Counted from the first letter of the stretch, positions 11,136 through 21,511 are shown. The stretch is DNA of 64,000 bases from an uncultured delta proteobacterium (GCA_963815115.1 CAWFFN010000012.1:704001-768000), one strand, 5' to 3'. Notes: generated from the letters alone by a model not told the origin. Made by a program: numbers and translations.

Positions 11136-12302
11136 TCAGAAGAGGCGCCGGAGCGCCTCGATGACGTTGGTGCGGGCGCCGTTCCAGGCCGGGACCAGGC
11201 CGGCGACGAACCCGACGACGACGGCGACGGCGACGCCCTCGGCGGCGACCCCCGGTGACATCCGGAAGCCCCCGAGCGGCCCGAGGACGCCCGTGAATCC
11301 CGTCTTTCCGCCCACGCGCAGCGCCTCCAGGATGGCGTACGCCGAGCCGGCGCCGAGGAGCCCGCCGGCGAGCCCCTGGAGGGAGGACTCCGCGAGCAAC
11401 GCGGCCAGGATGGGGCCACGCCGGAACCCGAGACTCTTCAGGATGGCGATCTCGGGAATGCGCTCGCGGATGCCCATGGCGCTCGTGTTGGCCGCGATCA
11501 GCACGACCGCGCCCACCACGAGGAAGCCCACCAGCAGGATGACGCGCAGGAGGCCCTGGAACGTCGCCATGAAGCTGGCGATGAAGGCCTTCTCGGTCTC
11601 CGCCGCCACCTCGGCCTCCGAGTTGCGGAACAGCGCATCGACCTGCGCGACGATGCCGTCGACCTGCTCGGGACTCGCCGCCCGCAGCCAGATCATGCCG
11701 ACGCGGTTGAACCCGCCGCGCGACTCCATGGCCTCGTCGAGATACTTGCGGCTGAACCAGAACATCGTCGGATTGGCCATGCCGCCGATCGTGCCGACGA
11801 TCTCGAAGGTGAGCTCGATCGGGAAGATCGTTCCCTTGAGCGAGACGTTCTGCCCGATGCGCCAGCCGAACTTGCGCATGGTGTCCTCGCCGACGAGGGC
11901 AGCGTTGCGGATGCGCTTGAAGCGCGCCAGGGCGTCGGGCGCGATGTGGTAGTCGGGCCACACCTGCTCGACGTTCTCCGGATCGACCGCGAAGTTCGGG
12001 AACATGTTCTTCGGCTCGTCGTAGACGCCGCCGAACCACGAGTACTCGTTCACGCCCACCACGCCCGGGAGGCCGCGGACCTTCTGCATGAAGGCGGCCG
12101 GCAGCCAGTAGGTGAAGCCGGCCTTGTGGTGCACGGCGATGCGGACGTTGGACGCCGCCCGCTCCATGATCGCGTCCAGCGCCGAGGGCAGGGTGAGCAC
12201 GGCGCACACGAGGAAGATGGAGAGGGCGATGGAGAGCGTCGTGAGGGTGGTGCGCAGCGGGTGACGCATCAGGTTGCGCGCGACCAGGCGGGGATAGGTC
12301 AT
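11136..12302 (-). CDS. ABC transporter permease (MacB/FtsX family)
   Basis: RNLMRHPLRTTLT...IRERIPEIAILKSLGF...GLVPAWN. Confidence 0.9.
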   Translation of the reverse strand: MTYPRLVARNLMRHPLRTTLTTLSIALSIFLVCAVLTLPSALDAIMERAASNVRIAVHHKAGFTYWLPAAFMQKVRGLPGVVGVNEYSWFGGVYDEPKNMFPNFAVDPENVEQVWPDYHIAPDALARFKRIRNAALVGEDTMRKFGWRIGQNVSLKGTIFPIELTFEIVGTIGGMANPTMFWFSRKYLDEAMESRGGFNRVGMIWLRAASPEQVDGIVAQVDALFRNSEAEVAAETEKAFIASFMATFQGLLRVILLVGFLVVGAVVLIAANTSAMGIRERIPEIAILKSLGFRRGPILAALLAESSLQGLAGGLLGAGSAYAILEALRVGGKTGFTGVLGPLGGFRMSPGVAAEGVAVAVVVGFVAGLVPAWNGARTNVIEALRRLF

Positions 12303-12991
12303 GCGGTCGCCCGTCCGAGACCGCCGTCGTCCACCAGCACGCCCTTGTCGAGCCGCACCACGGTGTCCACCCAGCGCTCGGCGCGCGGGTCGTGCGTCAC
12401 CATGACGATCGTCTTCTCGAAGGCGCGGTTCAGCTCCTGAAGCAGGGTGAGGATGTCCTCCGCGCTCTTGGCGTCGAGGTCGCCGGTGGGCTCGTCCGCC
12501 ACCAGCAGATCGGGGTCGGTGACGATGGCGCGGGCGATGGCCACCCGCTGCTGCTCCCCGCCCGAGAGCTGCTGCGGCCGGTGATGGGCGCGATGCGCGA
12601 GCCCGACCGCGCGCAACGCCAGCTCGGCACGCTCGTGCCGTTCGCCACGCGCGAGCGAGGTGAGGAGGAGCGGCAGCTCGACGTTCTCGATCGCCGTCAG
12701 CACGGGCAGCAGGTTGTAGAACTGGAAGATCAGCCCGACGTGCCGGGCGCGCCAGCCCGCGAGGCCGTCCTCGTCGAGCTCGGAGAGCGCCTGCCCGGCG
12801 ACGACGACCTCGCCTCCGTCGGGGCGATCGAGGCCGGCGACGAGATGGAGGAGGGTCGATTTTCCGGATCCCGATGGCCCCATCAGCGCCACGAAGCGCC
12901 CCGCGGGCACGTACAGGGTCACGTGCTCGAGCGCGTGCACCAGGTCGACGCCGCGGTGGTACAGGCGTGACACGTTCCGGACGTCGATCAT
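12299..12991 (-). CDS. ABC transporter ATP-binding protein (LolD/MacB-type)
   Basis: [34 protein letters not shown]; start at MIDVRNV. Confidence 0.95.
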   Translation of the reverse strand: MIDVRNVSRLYHRGVDLVHALEHVTLYVPAGRFVALMGPSGSGKSTLLHLVAGLDRPDGGEVVVAGQALSELDEDGLAGWRARHVGLIFQFYNLLPVLTAIENVELPLLLTSLARGERHERAELALRAVGLAHRAHHRPQQLSGGEQQRVAIARAIVTDPDLLVADEPTGDLDAKSAEDILTLLQELNRAFEKTIVMVTHDPRAERWVDTVVRLDKGVLVDDGGLGRATA

Positions 12992-13059
12992 CGAGTACCG
13001 TGGTGTTTGCGGACGGGGGCCGGCCGGGTCAAGCGCGCTCTTCCCCTGCCGCCTTGGCA

Positions 13060-13902
13060 ATGGCTACACTCCGCCCGGTGCCGCACGCGCAACCACTCCC
13101 CTCGAGCACCGTCATCCTCCTCGGGGAAGCAGCCGGCGAGAGCGACCCGTTCGAGGTCCTGATGCTCGAACGTCACGGCAGCGTCTCGTTCCCCGGCGTC
13201 CACGCCTTCCCCGGCGGCGTGGTCGATCCCGGCGATCACGACGTTCCCGGTGCCGATCTGCCCGGCGATCAGGCCTGGGCGCCCGAAGCGGAGGGCGATT
13301 GCCCGCCCGGCGCGCTGCCCTACTGGGTGGCCGCGGTACGCGAGCTGTTCGAGGAGGTGGGCATCCTGCTCGCCAGCAGCGGCGGTACGCCGCTGGACGG
13401 CCCCCTGCCGCCCGAGCTCGCCGCGCTGCGCGCACGCCTCCACGGAGGCGAGTCCTTCGCGGCGCTCCTCGCGGCGCATGGCCTGCGGCCGGCGACCGAC
13501 GGGCTGTACTCCTTCGCGCGCTGGATCACGCCGCCCCAGAATCCGCGCCGCTTCGACACCCGCTTCCTGGTCGGGCGCATGCCGCGCGGACAGGAAGCGG
13601 TGCCGGACGGCACCGAGACGGTCAGCTGCGGCTGGCTGTCGCCACGCGCCGCGCTCGCCGCCTACGAGCGCGGCGACATCATGCTGATTCCTCCCACCGT
13701 GCGCACGCTCGACGACCTGGGCGGCTTTCCGTCCATCGACGCCGTGCTCGCCGACGCGCGGCGCCGGGTGGTCCGCGCGGTGCGCCCCGAGGTGGTGCAG
13801 ACCGGCGGGCTCGCGACGCTGAGCTATCCGGACAATACCGGGCGCGCGGACGTCTCGCCGCGCCGACTCGTGCTGCGCGACGGACGCTGGCGGCCGGACT
13901 GA
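13060..13902 (+). CDS. NUDIX hydrolase (NUDT19-like)
   Basis: FPGGVVDPGD...AAVRELFEEVGI split Nudix box; ARWITP...RRFDTRF. Confidence 0.85.
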   Translation: MATLRPVPHAQPLPSSTVILLGEAAGESDPFEVLMLERHGSVSFPGVHAFPGGVVDPGDHDVPGADLPGDQAWAPEAEGDCPPGALPYWVAAVRELFEEVGILLASSGGTPLDGPLPPELAALRARLHGGESFAALLAAHGLRPATDGLYSFARWITPPQNPRRFDTRFLVGRMPRGQEAVPDGTETVSCGWLSPRAALAAYERGDIMLIPPTVRTLDDLGGFPSIDAVLADARRRVVRAVRPEVVQTGGLATLSYPDNTGRADVSPRRLVLRDGRWRPD

Positions 13903-13910
13903 ACGCGGAA

Positions 13911-15326
13911 TCAGTCCCCGATCGGGCGGGTCGTGCCCTCGAGCTCCCGCGTCCACCAGGCGCCGGTCGCCGCCCGCGTGGCGGCGTCGGAGAACTGGTA
14001 GCGATACACGGCGACGCGCAGGAAGCGTGGCGCCGCGGTCGGAAACGGGTCGCGCGCGAACAGCGGGGCGACCACCGCGGGCTCGTGCAGCAGGCGATCG
14101 AGCAGGGTACGGAACCACGGCGCCAGCCCGCGACCGCCGAGCAGCAGGAACCACATCTGGAAGTCGACGCGAGGCTGGTGCGGAGCGACGAACGGCGGCG
14201 CCCGGTCGACGTCGCCGGGCTCGTAGCGCAGCTCGTAGGACTGCCAGGTGACGCCGTCGTCGGACCCTTCGATGACGGGCTCGCGGCGCACGAGCGTCAT
14301 CTGCGCGAACAGGTGATAGGCGTTGATCGAGCGCACCTCGTCGAGCAGCGCACGCGCCGGGAGCGCGGCCCGGGCGAGCGGCCGCAACCCCGGGACGAAG
14401 GGAATGAACGGCACGAGCGTCAGGGCGACGAGCCCCGCGGTGGTGATCCCCAGCGCCGCGGTCGCGACGCGGCCCGGGTCGGGGAGGGGTTCGGGACGGG
14501 CGGGGCGGCCGAGGCGGCGGGCGAGACCCGCGAGATGCCCGTCGTCGAGCACCCAGAGGCAGAGCGCGAGCGCGAGATAGTTGAAGAAGCCGTAGTTGCC
14601 CGTGGTCAGGACGACGAGCTGGAACGCCGCCATCAGCGCGAAGGCGAGCGGGCGGAGCGCGCGCGGTCCCCAGATGAGGAACGGGACGCCCAGCTCGACC
14701 GCGAGCGTCGCCGCGCCCGCGGCGCGGTGCGCCCACAGCGGAAGCTGATGCACGTACCAGCCGATCCATGTCGGGAGCGGCGCGGTCTCGTAGTAGCCCG
14801 CCATCGCCGTCAGATCGCGCCAGGTGGGATCGCCGAGGAGCAGCTTCGCCAGCCCGGACTCGGCGTAGAGGCGGAAGAGGAGCCACTGCATCAAGAAGAC
14901 GCCGAGCGGGTGGGGCGGCGGAGCATCGCGCAAGCGCCAGCCGCCCGGCGCGACGAAGAGGGCGAAGAAGCTCGACTCGAGCAGCAGGTTGTCCCACTGG
15001 AACGAGAGGAAATCCTGCCCGATCGCGACGTACGAGAGGTAGAGGAGCCAGGCGGCACCGAGGAGCCAGCGTGGCGCCAGGCCGAGCGCGAGGCCGCAGC
15101 CGAGCGCCGCGCCGGCGAGGGTGCCCCACCACAGCAGGCGGTCGCCGCAGCCGAGACGGAAGATCGTGGCCAGCGATTGCGCGGCGGCGGGACACGCCGG
15201 CAGGAGCCCGTGATCGCCGTAGAGCACGAGCACCTGGCGCCCGAGCGACCAGAAGGCGATCGCGAAGATGACGCCCAGCAGGCGCAGGAAGACGTTGCGA
15301 ACCAGCGTCCGGCCGGGAGGAATCAT
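13911..15326 (-). CDS. Lipase maturation factor (LMF) family membrane protein
   Basis: FLRLLGVIFAIAFWS, FLSFQWDNLLLE, WLLFRL, GDPTWRDLTA, TGNYGFFNYL, PHQPRVDFQMWF. Confidence 0.9.
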   Translation of the reverse strand: MIPPGRTLVRNVFLRLLGVIFAIAFWSLGRQVLVLYGDHGLLPACPAAAQSLATIFRLGCGDRLLWWGTLAGAALGCGLALGLAPRWLLGAAWLLYLSYVAIGQDFLSFQWDNLLLESSFFALFVAPGGWRLRDAPPPHPLGVFLMQWLLFRLYAESGLAKLLLGDPTWRDLTAMAGYYETAPLPTWIGWYVHQLPLWAHRAAGAATLAVELGVPFLIWGPRALRPLAFALMAAFQLVVLTTGNYGFFNYLALALCLWVLDDGHLAGLARRLGRPARPEPLPDPGRVATAALGITTAGLVALTLVPFIPFVPGLRPLARAALPARALLDEVRSINAYHLFAQMTLVRREPVIEGSDDGVTWQSYELRYEPGDVDRAPPFVAPHQPRVDFQMWFLLLGGRGLAPWFRTLLDRLLHEPAVVAPLFARDPFPTAAPRFLRVAVYRYQFSDAATRAATGAWWTRELEGTTRPIGD

Positions 15327-15384
15327 CGAAGTGGGTCGCCGAGCATCGGCAGGCCCCTCGCCGACCTCGGACGCCGCGACGCCC

Positions 15385-16569
15385 TCAGGCCCCCCGCGGC
15401 AGTCCCAGGAACTGCATCGCGATGATCCCGCGCATGATCTCCGAGGTGCCCGAGGCGATGCTGGCGGCACGCGCTCCGAGGTAGCCGCGCTGCAGCCACT
15501 GCGCCGGATCGCCGTCGTGCATGCGTGGCGACGGCGTGTCGTACAGCAATCCCCCCGCTCCGAGGATTTCCATGCCGAGCTGCGGCATGGCCTGCGTCAG
15601 CTCGGTCCAGTGCAGCTTGATGATGGCGGACTCGGGGCCGGGCGATCCGAAGCGCACCAGCTTGTCGAGGGTGCGCTGGCAGGTCATGCGGAAGATCTCG
15701 GTCCCGAGATAGGCTTGCGCCAGCTGCTGGCGCAGGACGGGATCGTGGCCCGCTCCCCGCTCGCGGGCGAAGGCGAGCAGCTTGTCGCGCTGCTCCTTGA
15801 GCACGATCTGCATCCCGACCACGTAGAGGATGCCACGCTCGTTCTGCAGGGCCGCGACGGCGATCTGCCAGCCGCCGTGCAGCTCGCCCAGGAGGTTCTG
15901 CCGTGGCACCCGCACGCCTTCGAAGAACACCTCGTTGAACTCGGCGTCGCCGGTCATCTGGCGCAGCGGTCGAACCTCGATTCCCGGGCTGCGCATGTCG
16001 ACCAGGAGGCAGGAGACGCCACGCGCGCGCCGCGTCTCGGCGTCGGTGCGGCAGAGCAGCATGCACCAGTCGGCATCCTGGGCGAGCGTTGTCCAGACCT
16101 TCTGGCCGCTGACCACGAAGTGATCGCCGTCGAGGACGGCCTGCGTGCGCAGCGAGGCCAGGTCGGAGCCGGCGCCGGGCTCGGAGAATCCGAAGCACCA
16201 GAGATCGTCCGCGGACAGGATGCCGGGGAGGAAGCGCCGCTTCTGCTCCTCGCTGCCGTAGGCGAGGATCGGAGGCCCGGCGATGCCGATGCCGAGGTTG
16301 CCGATCACCTCGGGGGCGCGTACCCGCGCCATCTCCTCCACGTAGGCGAGCTGCTGCGGGATGCTGGCATCGCGCCCTCCGTACTCGCTGGGCCAGTGGA
16401 TGCCCACGAGGCGCGCCTCGGCGAGCGTCTTCTGCCAGGCGCGCAGGCCCTCGAGGCGCTCGGCGGCGGGAAGCCGGGCGGCATTCTCCGGACGGAGATG
16501 GTCCGGAACATGGGCTTCGAGCCAGGCGCGCAGCTCGCGGCGAAAGTCCTCCACGCTCCCGTCTGCCAT
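15385..16569 (-). CDS. Acyl-CoA dehydrogenase family protein
   Basis: WCFGFSEPGAGSDLASLRT, GQKVWTT, FNEVFFEGVRVP, IASGTSEIMR. Confidence 0.95.
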   Translation of the reverse strand: MADGSVEDFRRELRAWLEAHVPDHLRPENAARLPAAERLEGLRAWQKTLAEARLVGIHWPSEYGGRDASIPQQLAYVEEMARVRAPEVIGNLGIGIAGPPILAYGSEEQKRRFLPGILSADDLWCFGFSEPGAGSDLASLRTQAVLDGDHFVVSGQKVWTTLAQDADWCMLLCRTDAETRRARGVSCLLVDMRSPGIEVRPLRQMTGDAEFNEVFFEGVRVPRQNLLGELHGGWQIAVAALQNERGILYVVGMQIVLKEQRDKLLAFARERGAGHDPVLRQQLAQAYLGTEIFRMTCQRTLDKLVRFGSPGPESAIIKLHWTELTQAMPQLGMEILGAGGLLYDTPSPRMHDGDPAQWLQRGYLGARAASIASGTSEIMRGIIAMQFLGLPRGA

Positions 16570-16699
16570 GGTCCCCGAGTAGCAGGGACGTCACGCGCGA
16601 GTCGAGCCGGGACCAGCCGACCACTCTCGGGGGGCACCCTGCCCGTGCCCGGGTCTCTGGTTGCGTGGGGGAGGGCGACCCGGGTAGCTGGGGCGCACC

Positions 16700-17899
16700 G
16701 TGTCGGCCGCCCCCCAACTCCTGACCGCCCACGGCGAGCTGTCCGCCTTTGCCGACCAGGCGCGTGCCGCCGGCAGGCTCGCCCTGGACACGGAGTTCGT
16801 CTGGGAGCGGACCTATCGGCCGACGCTCGGCGTCGTGCAGGTGGCGACCGACGACGCCTGCGCCATCCTCGACGCCACGGCCCTCCCGGATCTCGCCCCG
16901 CTCTTCCCGATTCTGCGCGATCCGACCATCCCGGTGGTGCTGCACGGGGGTGGGCAGGACCTCGAGATACTCGCCCTGCTGATGGGTGAGCCCGTGCGCG
17001 GCGTCGTCGACACGCAGGTCGAGGCGGCGTTCCTCGGTTACGGGCTGCAGGTCGGGCTCAGCGTGCTTCTCGAACGCGTGCTCAAGGTGCGCATCCGCAA
17101 GGATCAGACCTACACCGACTGGACCCGCCGGCCGCTCAAGCCCGAGCAGCTCGCCTACGCCCGGGCGGACGTCGTGCATCTCCTCGCACTGCACGATCGC
17201 CTGCGCAGCGATCTGGAGGGACGCGGCCGGCTGGGCTGGGTGGAAGAGGAGCTCCGGCGGCTCGAGGACGGCGCGCGCTACCAGGCCATGCCCGACGAGG
17301 AGCGGTTCCACACCGTGAAGGGGTGGCAGCGGCTCGAAGCGGCCGAGCTCGCGGTGCTGCGGGAGCTGGCATCCTGGCGCGAGCAGGCGGCACGGCGCGC
17401 CAACATCCGGCCGAACTTCATCGCCAACGACGTCGTGCTGGTGACGCTCGCCAGCCGCCGGGTCGAGCACGTCGAGGAGCTGCGCGGGGTGCGGGGGCTG
17501 TCGGCCGGGACGGTCGATCGCCACGGCCGCGCGATCGTCGCCGCCATCCGCACGGGCCACGAATGCCCGCGCCAGCGCTGGCCGGACCCGCCGGAGCGGA
17601 TACGGCGCCAGGCGCCGCCGAGCGGCCTGGTGGCGCTGCTGCGCGCCGCGGTCCAGGCGGTCGCCGACCGCGACGAGCTCGCTTCCGAAGTCATCGCCAG
17701 CGCTCGTGACCTCGACGCGCTGGTGGCGCGGGCGACGGCCAAAGGAGGGGCCGAGCCCGCAGGCGAGGAGCCCGCGCTGCTCCAGGGATGGCGGCGCACG
17801 CTGGTCGGCGACACGCTCCTCGCCATCGCCCGCGGCGAGCTCGCGTTGCGCTACGATCCCGCGCGCCGCGAGCTCGTGACCGATCCCGCCGGCACCTGA
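16700..17899 (+). CDS. rnd: Ribonuclease D (DEDDy exonuclease plus HRDC)
   Basis: LALDTEFVWERTY, DTQVEAAFLG, TDWTRRPL...YARADV, WREQAARRANI. Confidence 0.9.
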   Translation: MSAAPQLLTAHGELSAFADQARAAGRLALDTEFVWERTYRPTLGVVQVATDDACAILDATALPDLAPLFPILRDPTIPVVLHGGGQDLEILALLMGEPVRGVVDTQVEAAFLGYGLQVGLSVLLERVLKVRIRKDQTYTDWTRRPLKPEQLAYARADVVHLLALHDRLRSDLEGRGRLGWVEEELRRLEDGARYQAMPDEERFHTVKGWQRLEAAELAVLRELASWREQAARRANIRPNFIANDVVLVTLASRRVEHVEELRGVRGLSAGTVDRHGRAIVAAIRTGHECPRQRWPDPPERIRRQAPPSGLVALLRAAVQAVADRDELASEVIASARDLDALVARATAKGGAEPAGEEPALLQGWRRTLVGDTLLAIARGELALRYDPARRELVTDPAGT

Positions 17900-17913
17900 A
17901 CCGGGGCGGCCGC

Positions 17914-18363
17914 TCAGCTGCCGGCCGGCAGAGGCGTGACGCGGACGATCACGGTCTTGCCGTCGCGCACCCGGTCGGCGCGCGGACGGAAGAACCCGAT
18001 CCAGGAGATCCAGTACTTCTGGTCGTAGGCGGGCGCCATGCGCTCGGCCTGTGCGGGGTCGTGCAAGAGCTCGCCGTGGCCGACGAAGTGGGGGCCCTGC
18101 TCGCTACCCACCCAGACCAGGACCGGACTGCCCTTGGCGATGCGCTTGGCCTTGTGGCTTCCTGGCAAGGTCGTGAAGTAGACCGCTTCCCCGTCGAACA
18201 TGAACCAGATCGGCGCCACCTTGCTGGTGGTGCCGTCGGCACGCCGGGTGGCGACGTAGAGCTGCTTCGCGGTTTTCAGCGCTTGCTGCACGTCGGGCGA
18301 GAACTGCGCCGCGGCAGCCGCCACCGCGAACGCGAGCGTGCTCAAGGCGACAAGCGTCCACAT
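17914..18363 (-). CDS. Pyridoxamine 5'-phosphate oxidase-like (split-barrel) protein with predicted signal peptide
   Basis: YVATRRADGT..APIWF...HKAKRI...KY pattern; hydrophobic N-terminus ending in AAAAA-Q. Confidence 0.7.
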   Translation of the reverse strand: MWTLVALSTLAFAVAAAAAQFSPDVQQALKTAKQLYVATRRADGTTSKVAPIWFMFDGEAVYFTTLPGSHKAKRIAKGSPVLVWVGSEQGPHFVGHGELLHDPAQAERMAPAYDQKYWISWIGFFRPRADRVRDGKTVIVRVTPLPAGS

Positions 18364-18475
18364 GCTCCACCTTCCTCCCGGCATCGCTGCGACGACCGAT
18401 TCGCAGGCTGCCGGCCACGAGTCAACCGGTTCCCGGCCGCGAACCGGTAAGCTGAACTCGCCTGCGGCCCGTGCT

Positions 18476-19747
18476 ATGTCTCGCCAGGTGACAACCAGAA
18501 CACGCTCCCGCAAGACCGGAGCGCAATCTCCGAAAACCCGAAGAACCACAACCCGATCCAGGCCACGAAAGCCGAAACCCGTCGCAGCGGCACCCGAGGT
18601 CGCAGAGACCTCCGAGCCCCGGGAGGAGCTCGTCCAGCCGGAGCCCGAGCCCCAGCCGGTCGAGGCGGTGATCGTCACCAGCGTCCCCGAGGCCGGTTTC
18701 GCCGCTTACGTGCCGCCGCCCGAGCCGCCGCCAGTGCGACCGGCGCGCCGGCGCGGCATCTTCTTCGACGTCGAGAACACCAGCCGCGCGGGCGACATCT
18801 CGCGCGTCGTCGAGCATCTCCAGCTCGACTGGACCGGCTGGACGACCGCGTTCACCGCCGTCGGCAACTGGCGCGTGATCGGCCACGACACGGCCCGGCT
18901 GCTCGCCCAGCATGGCGCCTCCCTGGTGCACAGCGCGCCGTCCGTCGGCGTACGCGACTGGAGCGACCTCCGCATCGCCGTGTCGGCCGGCGTGTGGCTG
19001 GCGGGCGCGCGTCCCGGCGACATCGTCGAGATCGTGTCCGACGATCAGGCCTTCGACGCGGTCGGCGACGTCGCCGCCAGCCTCGGGGTCACCTTCCGCC
19101 GCACCTCGTATCGCGCGCTCGCCGGCGGCCGGGCCCCGGCCGACACCGTGTCGAGCGCCGAGGGACGATCGCGTCGCTCGCGCCACAGCGGACGTCGCGG
19201 ACGCGGGGGTCGTGATGATCGCCGTGCGCCGGAGCCACCGCGCGTCAGTGCTCCGCCCCCGGCGGCGGAGACCGAGCCCCACACCGCGCCGCACGACGAG
19301 ATCGTCGGGGTGGTGCAGGAGCTGCTGGCGATGTCGCCGTCGGGCGTGAGCCTCGACGCCCTCGCCAACGCGCTCCGCGAGCGCGGTTTCAGCCGCCCTT
19401 CCGGCTCGCTCCGGCTGATCACCCGCCTGCGCCGGATCAAGGAGCTGCAGGTGTCCCGCGCCGGCACGATCCGGCTGGTCGACCAGAGCCAGCCCTCCGT
19501 TCCTGAGCTGCCTGCGCCCGCCGCCCCATGGACGCCACCGTCGAGCAACCGCCCCGTTGCGGCCGGTGTCGCGGACGACGCGGGTCAGATGCCGGCCGAC
19601 GCCGACGAGCCCGGCGTCCCACCGTCCGAGGGCGCCGCAGCGCCCGGCAGTGCTTCCCGCCGGCGGCGCCGGCGGGGCGGCCGGCGGCGTCGCGGCCGGC
19701 GCGGTGGTGGCGGCACGGCGGTCGCGGTGGCACCCGACGGCGCGTGA
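18476..19747 (+). CDS. NYN (PIN-like) domain protein with OST/LOTUS-like HTH and Arg-rich disordered regions
   Basis: IFFDVENTS, DWSDLRIA and IVSDDQAF acidic motifs; GVSLDALANALRERGF winged-helix-like segment. Confidence 0.7.
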   Translation: MSRQVTTRTRSRKTGAQSPKTRRTTTRSRPRKPKPVAAAPEVAETSEPREELVQPEPEPQPVEAVIVTSVPEAGFAAYVPPPEPPPVRPARRRGIFFDVENTSRAGDISRVVEHLQLDWTGWTTAFTAVGNWRVIGHDTARLLAQHGASLVHSAPSVGVRDWSDLRIAVSAGVWLAGARPGDIVEIVSDDQAFDAVGDVAASLGVTFRRTSYRALAGGRAPADTVSSAEGRSRRSRHSGRRGRGGRDDRRAPEPPRVSAPPPAAETEPHTAPHDEIVGVVQELLAMSPSGVSLDALANALRERGFSRPSGSLRLITRLRRIKELQVSRAGTIRLVDQSQPSVPELPAPAAPWTPPSSNRPVAAGVADDAGQMPADADEPGVPPSEGAAAPGSASRRRRRRGGRRRRGRRGGGGTAVAVAPDGA

Positions 19748-19771
19748 CGCCTGCCAGGCGCCCGGGCCGGC

Positions 19772-20299
19772 TCACGCCATGCCGAGGCGCTCGCGTCCCT
19801 CCGGGGAGATCATCTGCGGATTCCAGGGAGGGTCCCACACGATCTCGACGTTGGCATCGCCCACGCCAGGCAATGCGAGCAGCTTCCCACGCGCGTCGGC
19901 GGCGATGGACGTCCCCATGCCGCAGCCCTGGGCGGTGAGCGTCATCTTCACGTCGATCTGGTTCTCGTCGCCGGCGGGCGTGATGCGCATGTCGTAGACC
20001 AGACCGAGGTCGACGATGTTCACCGGGATCTCCGGGTCGTAGCAGGTTCTGAGCACGTTCCAGACCTGCTGCTCGAGATCTCCCTGAGGCGCGACGACGG
20101 CCTCGCTCGGCTCCTTGCCGATGGCATCGACGTCCGTGCCTGCGATGCGGAAGAGCCCGCCGTAGACGGGCACCTGCACGGTGTACGAGCCACCCAGCGA
20201 CTGGGTGATGTAGACTTCGGTTCCCTGCTCGAGCAGCACCGTGTGGCCGGCAGGAATCTGGACGGCCTGGATGTCCCTGGAGAGCTCGACTCGCTCCAT
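19772..20299 (-). CDS. sufT: Fe-S cluster assembly protein SufT (DUF59)
   Basis: ITQSLGGSYTV, LRTCYDPEIPVNIVDLGLVYD, MTLTAQGCGMG, VWDPPW. Confidence 0.9.
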   Translation of the reverse strand: MERVELSRDIQAVQIPAGHTVLLEQGTEVYITQSLGGSYTVQVPVYGGLFRIAGTDVDAIGKEPSEAVVAPQGDLEQQVWNVLRTCYDPEIPVNIVDLGLVYDMRITPAGDENQIDVKMTLTAQGCGMGTSIAADARGKLLALPGVGDANVEIVWDPPWNPQMISPEGRERLGMA

Positions 20300-20417
20300 C
20301 GCGGAAGACCTCCTCTTCGCTGACCTTGCATTCTGGGACCCCCGGCGCCCGGGCGCAAGCCGCGCCCATCTGGCCGTGCGCTTGACCGGCCCCCGTGGCG
20401 AGCCTACGCCATCCCAT

Positions 20418-21509
20418 ATGCCTGATCGGTGGGATGGAACCCCGCGACGCACGCCGCAGGACAGCCTGGGCCAGCTGGTGGACCTGTCGGAACGCTTGCG
20501 ACAGCGGCTCGGGGAGGCGCGCGGCGGCGGCTGGTGGCGCCTGAGTCCGTGGTGGGTCGTGGGCGTCCTGCTCGTCCTGTGGGCGCTCTCCGGCATCTAC
20601 ATCGTCGCGCCGGACCAGCGCGGCATGGTGCTGCGCTTCGGCAAGGTGGTGGCCGAAACCGATCCGGGCCCGCACTACCACCTGCCCTGGCCCATCGAGC
20701 AGGTGCTGCGCCCCAGCGTGACCGCGATCCGCAAGGAGGAGGTCGGCTTCCGCACCGTCGAGGTCGGGCCGCCGGCGCGCTACCAGGAGGTCGACGCCGA
20801 GGCGCTCATGCTGACGGGAGACGAGAACATCGTGAAGCTCGAGTTCATCGTGCAGTACAAGGTGCGTGCCGACGCCACCGGCACATCCGACTTCCTCTTC
20901 AAGGTCCGCGACCCCGAGGGCGCGGTGCGGGCGGCCGCCGAGGCCGGGATGCGCGAGGTGATCGGACGCACGGCCATCGACCAGGTCCTGACCGAGGGCA
21001 AGGCGCAGGTGCAGCTCGAGGCGCAGCAGCTGCTCCAGAGCATCCTCGACCGCTACGGCGCCGGCATCGAGGTCGTCACCGTGAAGCTCCAGGACGTCGA
21101 CCCGCCCGATCAGGTGTCCGACGCCTTCAAGGACGTGATCAGCGCGCAGCAGGACAAGGAGCGGCTCATCAACGAGGCCCGCGGCTACGCCAACGACGTG
21201 GTGCCGCGCGCGCGCGGCCAGGCGGCGCAGACGGTGAACGAGGCCGAGGCCTACCGGGAGACGAAGGTACGCGAGGCCACCGGCAGCGCGAAGCGCTTCA
21301 CGGCGCAGCAGGAGGAGTACGCCAAGGCGAGGGACGTGACGCGCCGGCGGCTCTATCTCGAGACCATGGAGATCATCCTGCCGGCCGCGAACAAGATCGT
21401 GATGGACGATCTCGCCGGGAAGCAGACGGTCCCCTATCTGCCCCTCGAGTCCGTCCTGCCGCGCCGCGAGCCGCCCGCGCCGGAGGCGCCGGCCGGGGGA
21501 AGGCGCTGA
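20418..21509 (+). CDS. hflK: FtsH protease modulator HflK
   Basis: SPFH domain: VLRFGK, LMLTGDENIV, VDPPDQVSDAFKDV, VTRRRLYLETME. Confidence 0.93.
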   Translation: MPDRWDGTPRRTPQDSLGQLVDLSERLRQRLGEARGGGWWRLSPWWVVGVLLVLWALSGIYIVAPDQRGMVLRFGKVVAETDPGPHYHLPWPIEQVLRPSVTAIRKEEVGFRTVEVGPPARYQEVDAEALMLTGDENIVKLEFIVQYKVRADATGTSDFLFKVRDPEGAVRAAAEAGMREVIGRTAIDQVLTEGKAQVQLEAQQLLQSILDRYGAGIEVVTVKLQDVDPPDQVSDAFKDVISAQQDKERLINEARGYANDVVPRARGQAAQTVNEAEAYRETKVREATGSAKRFTAQQEEYAKARDVTRRRLYLETMEIILPAANKIVMDDLAGKQTVPYLPLESVLPRREPPAPEAPAGGRR

Positions 21510-21511
21510 CC

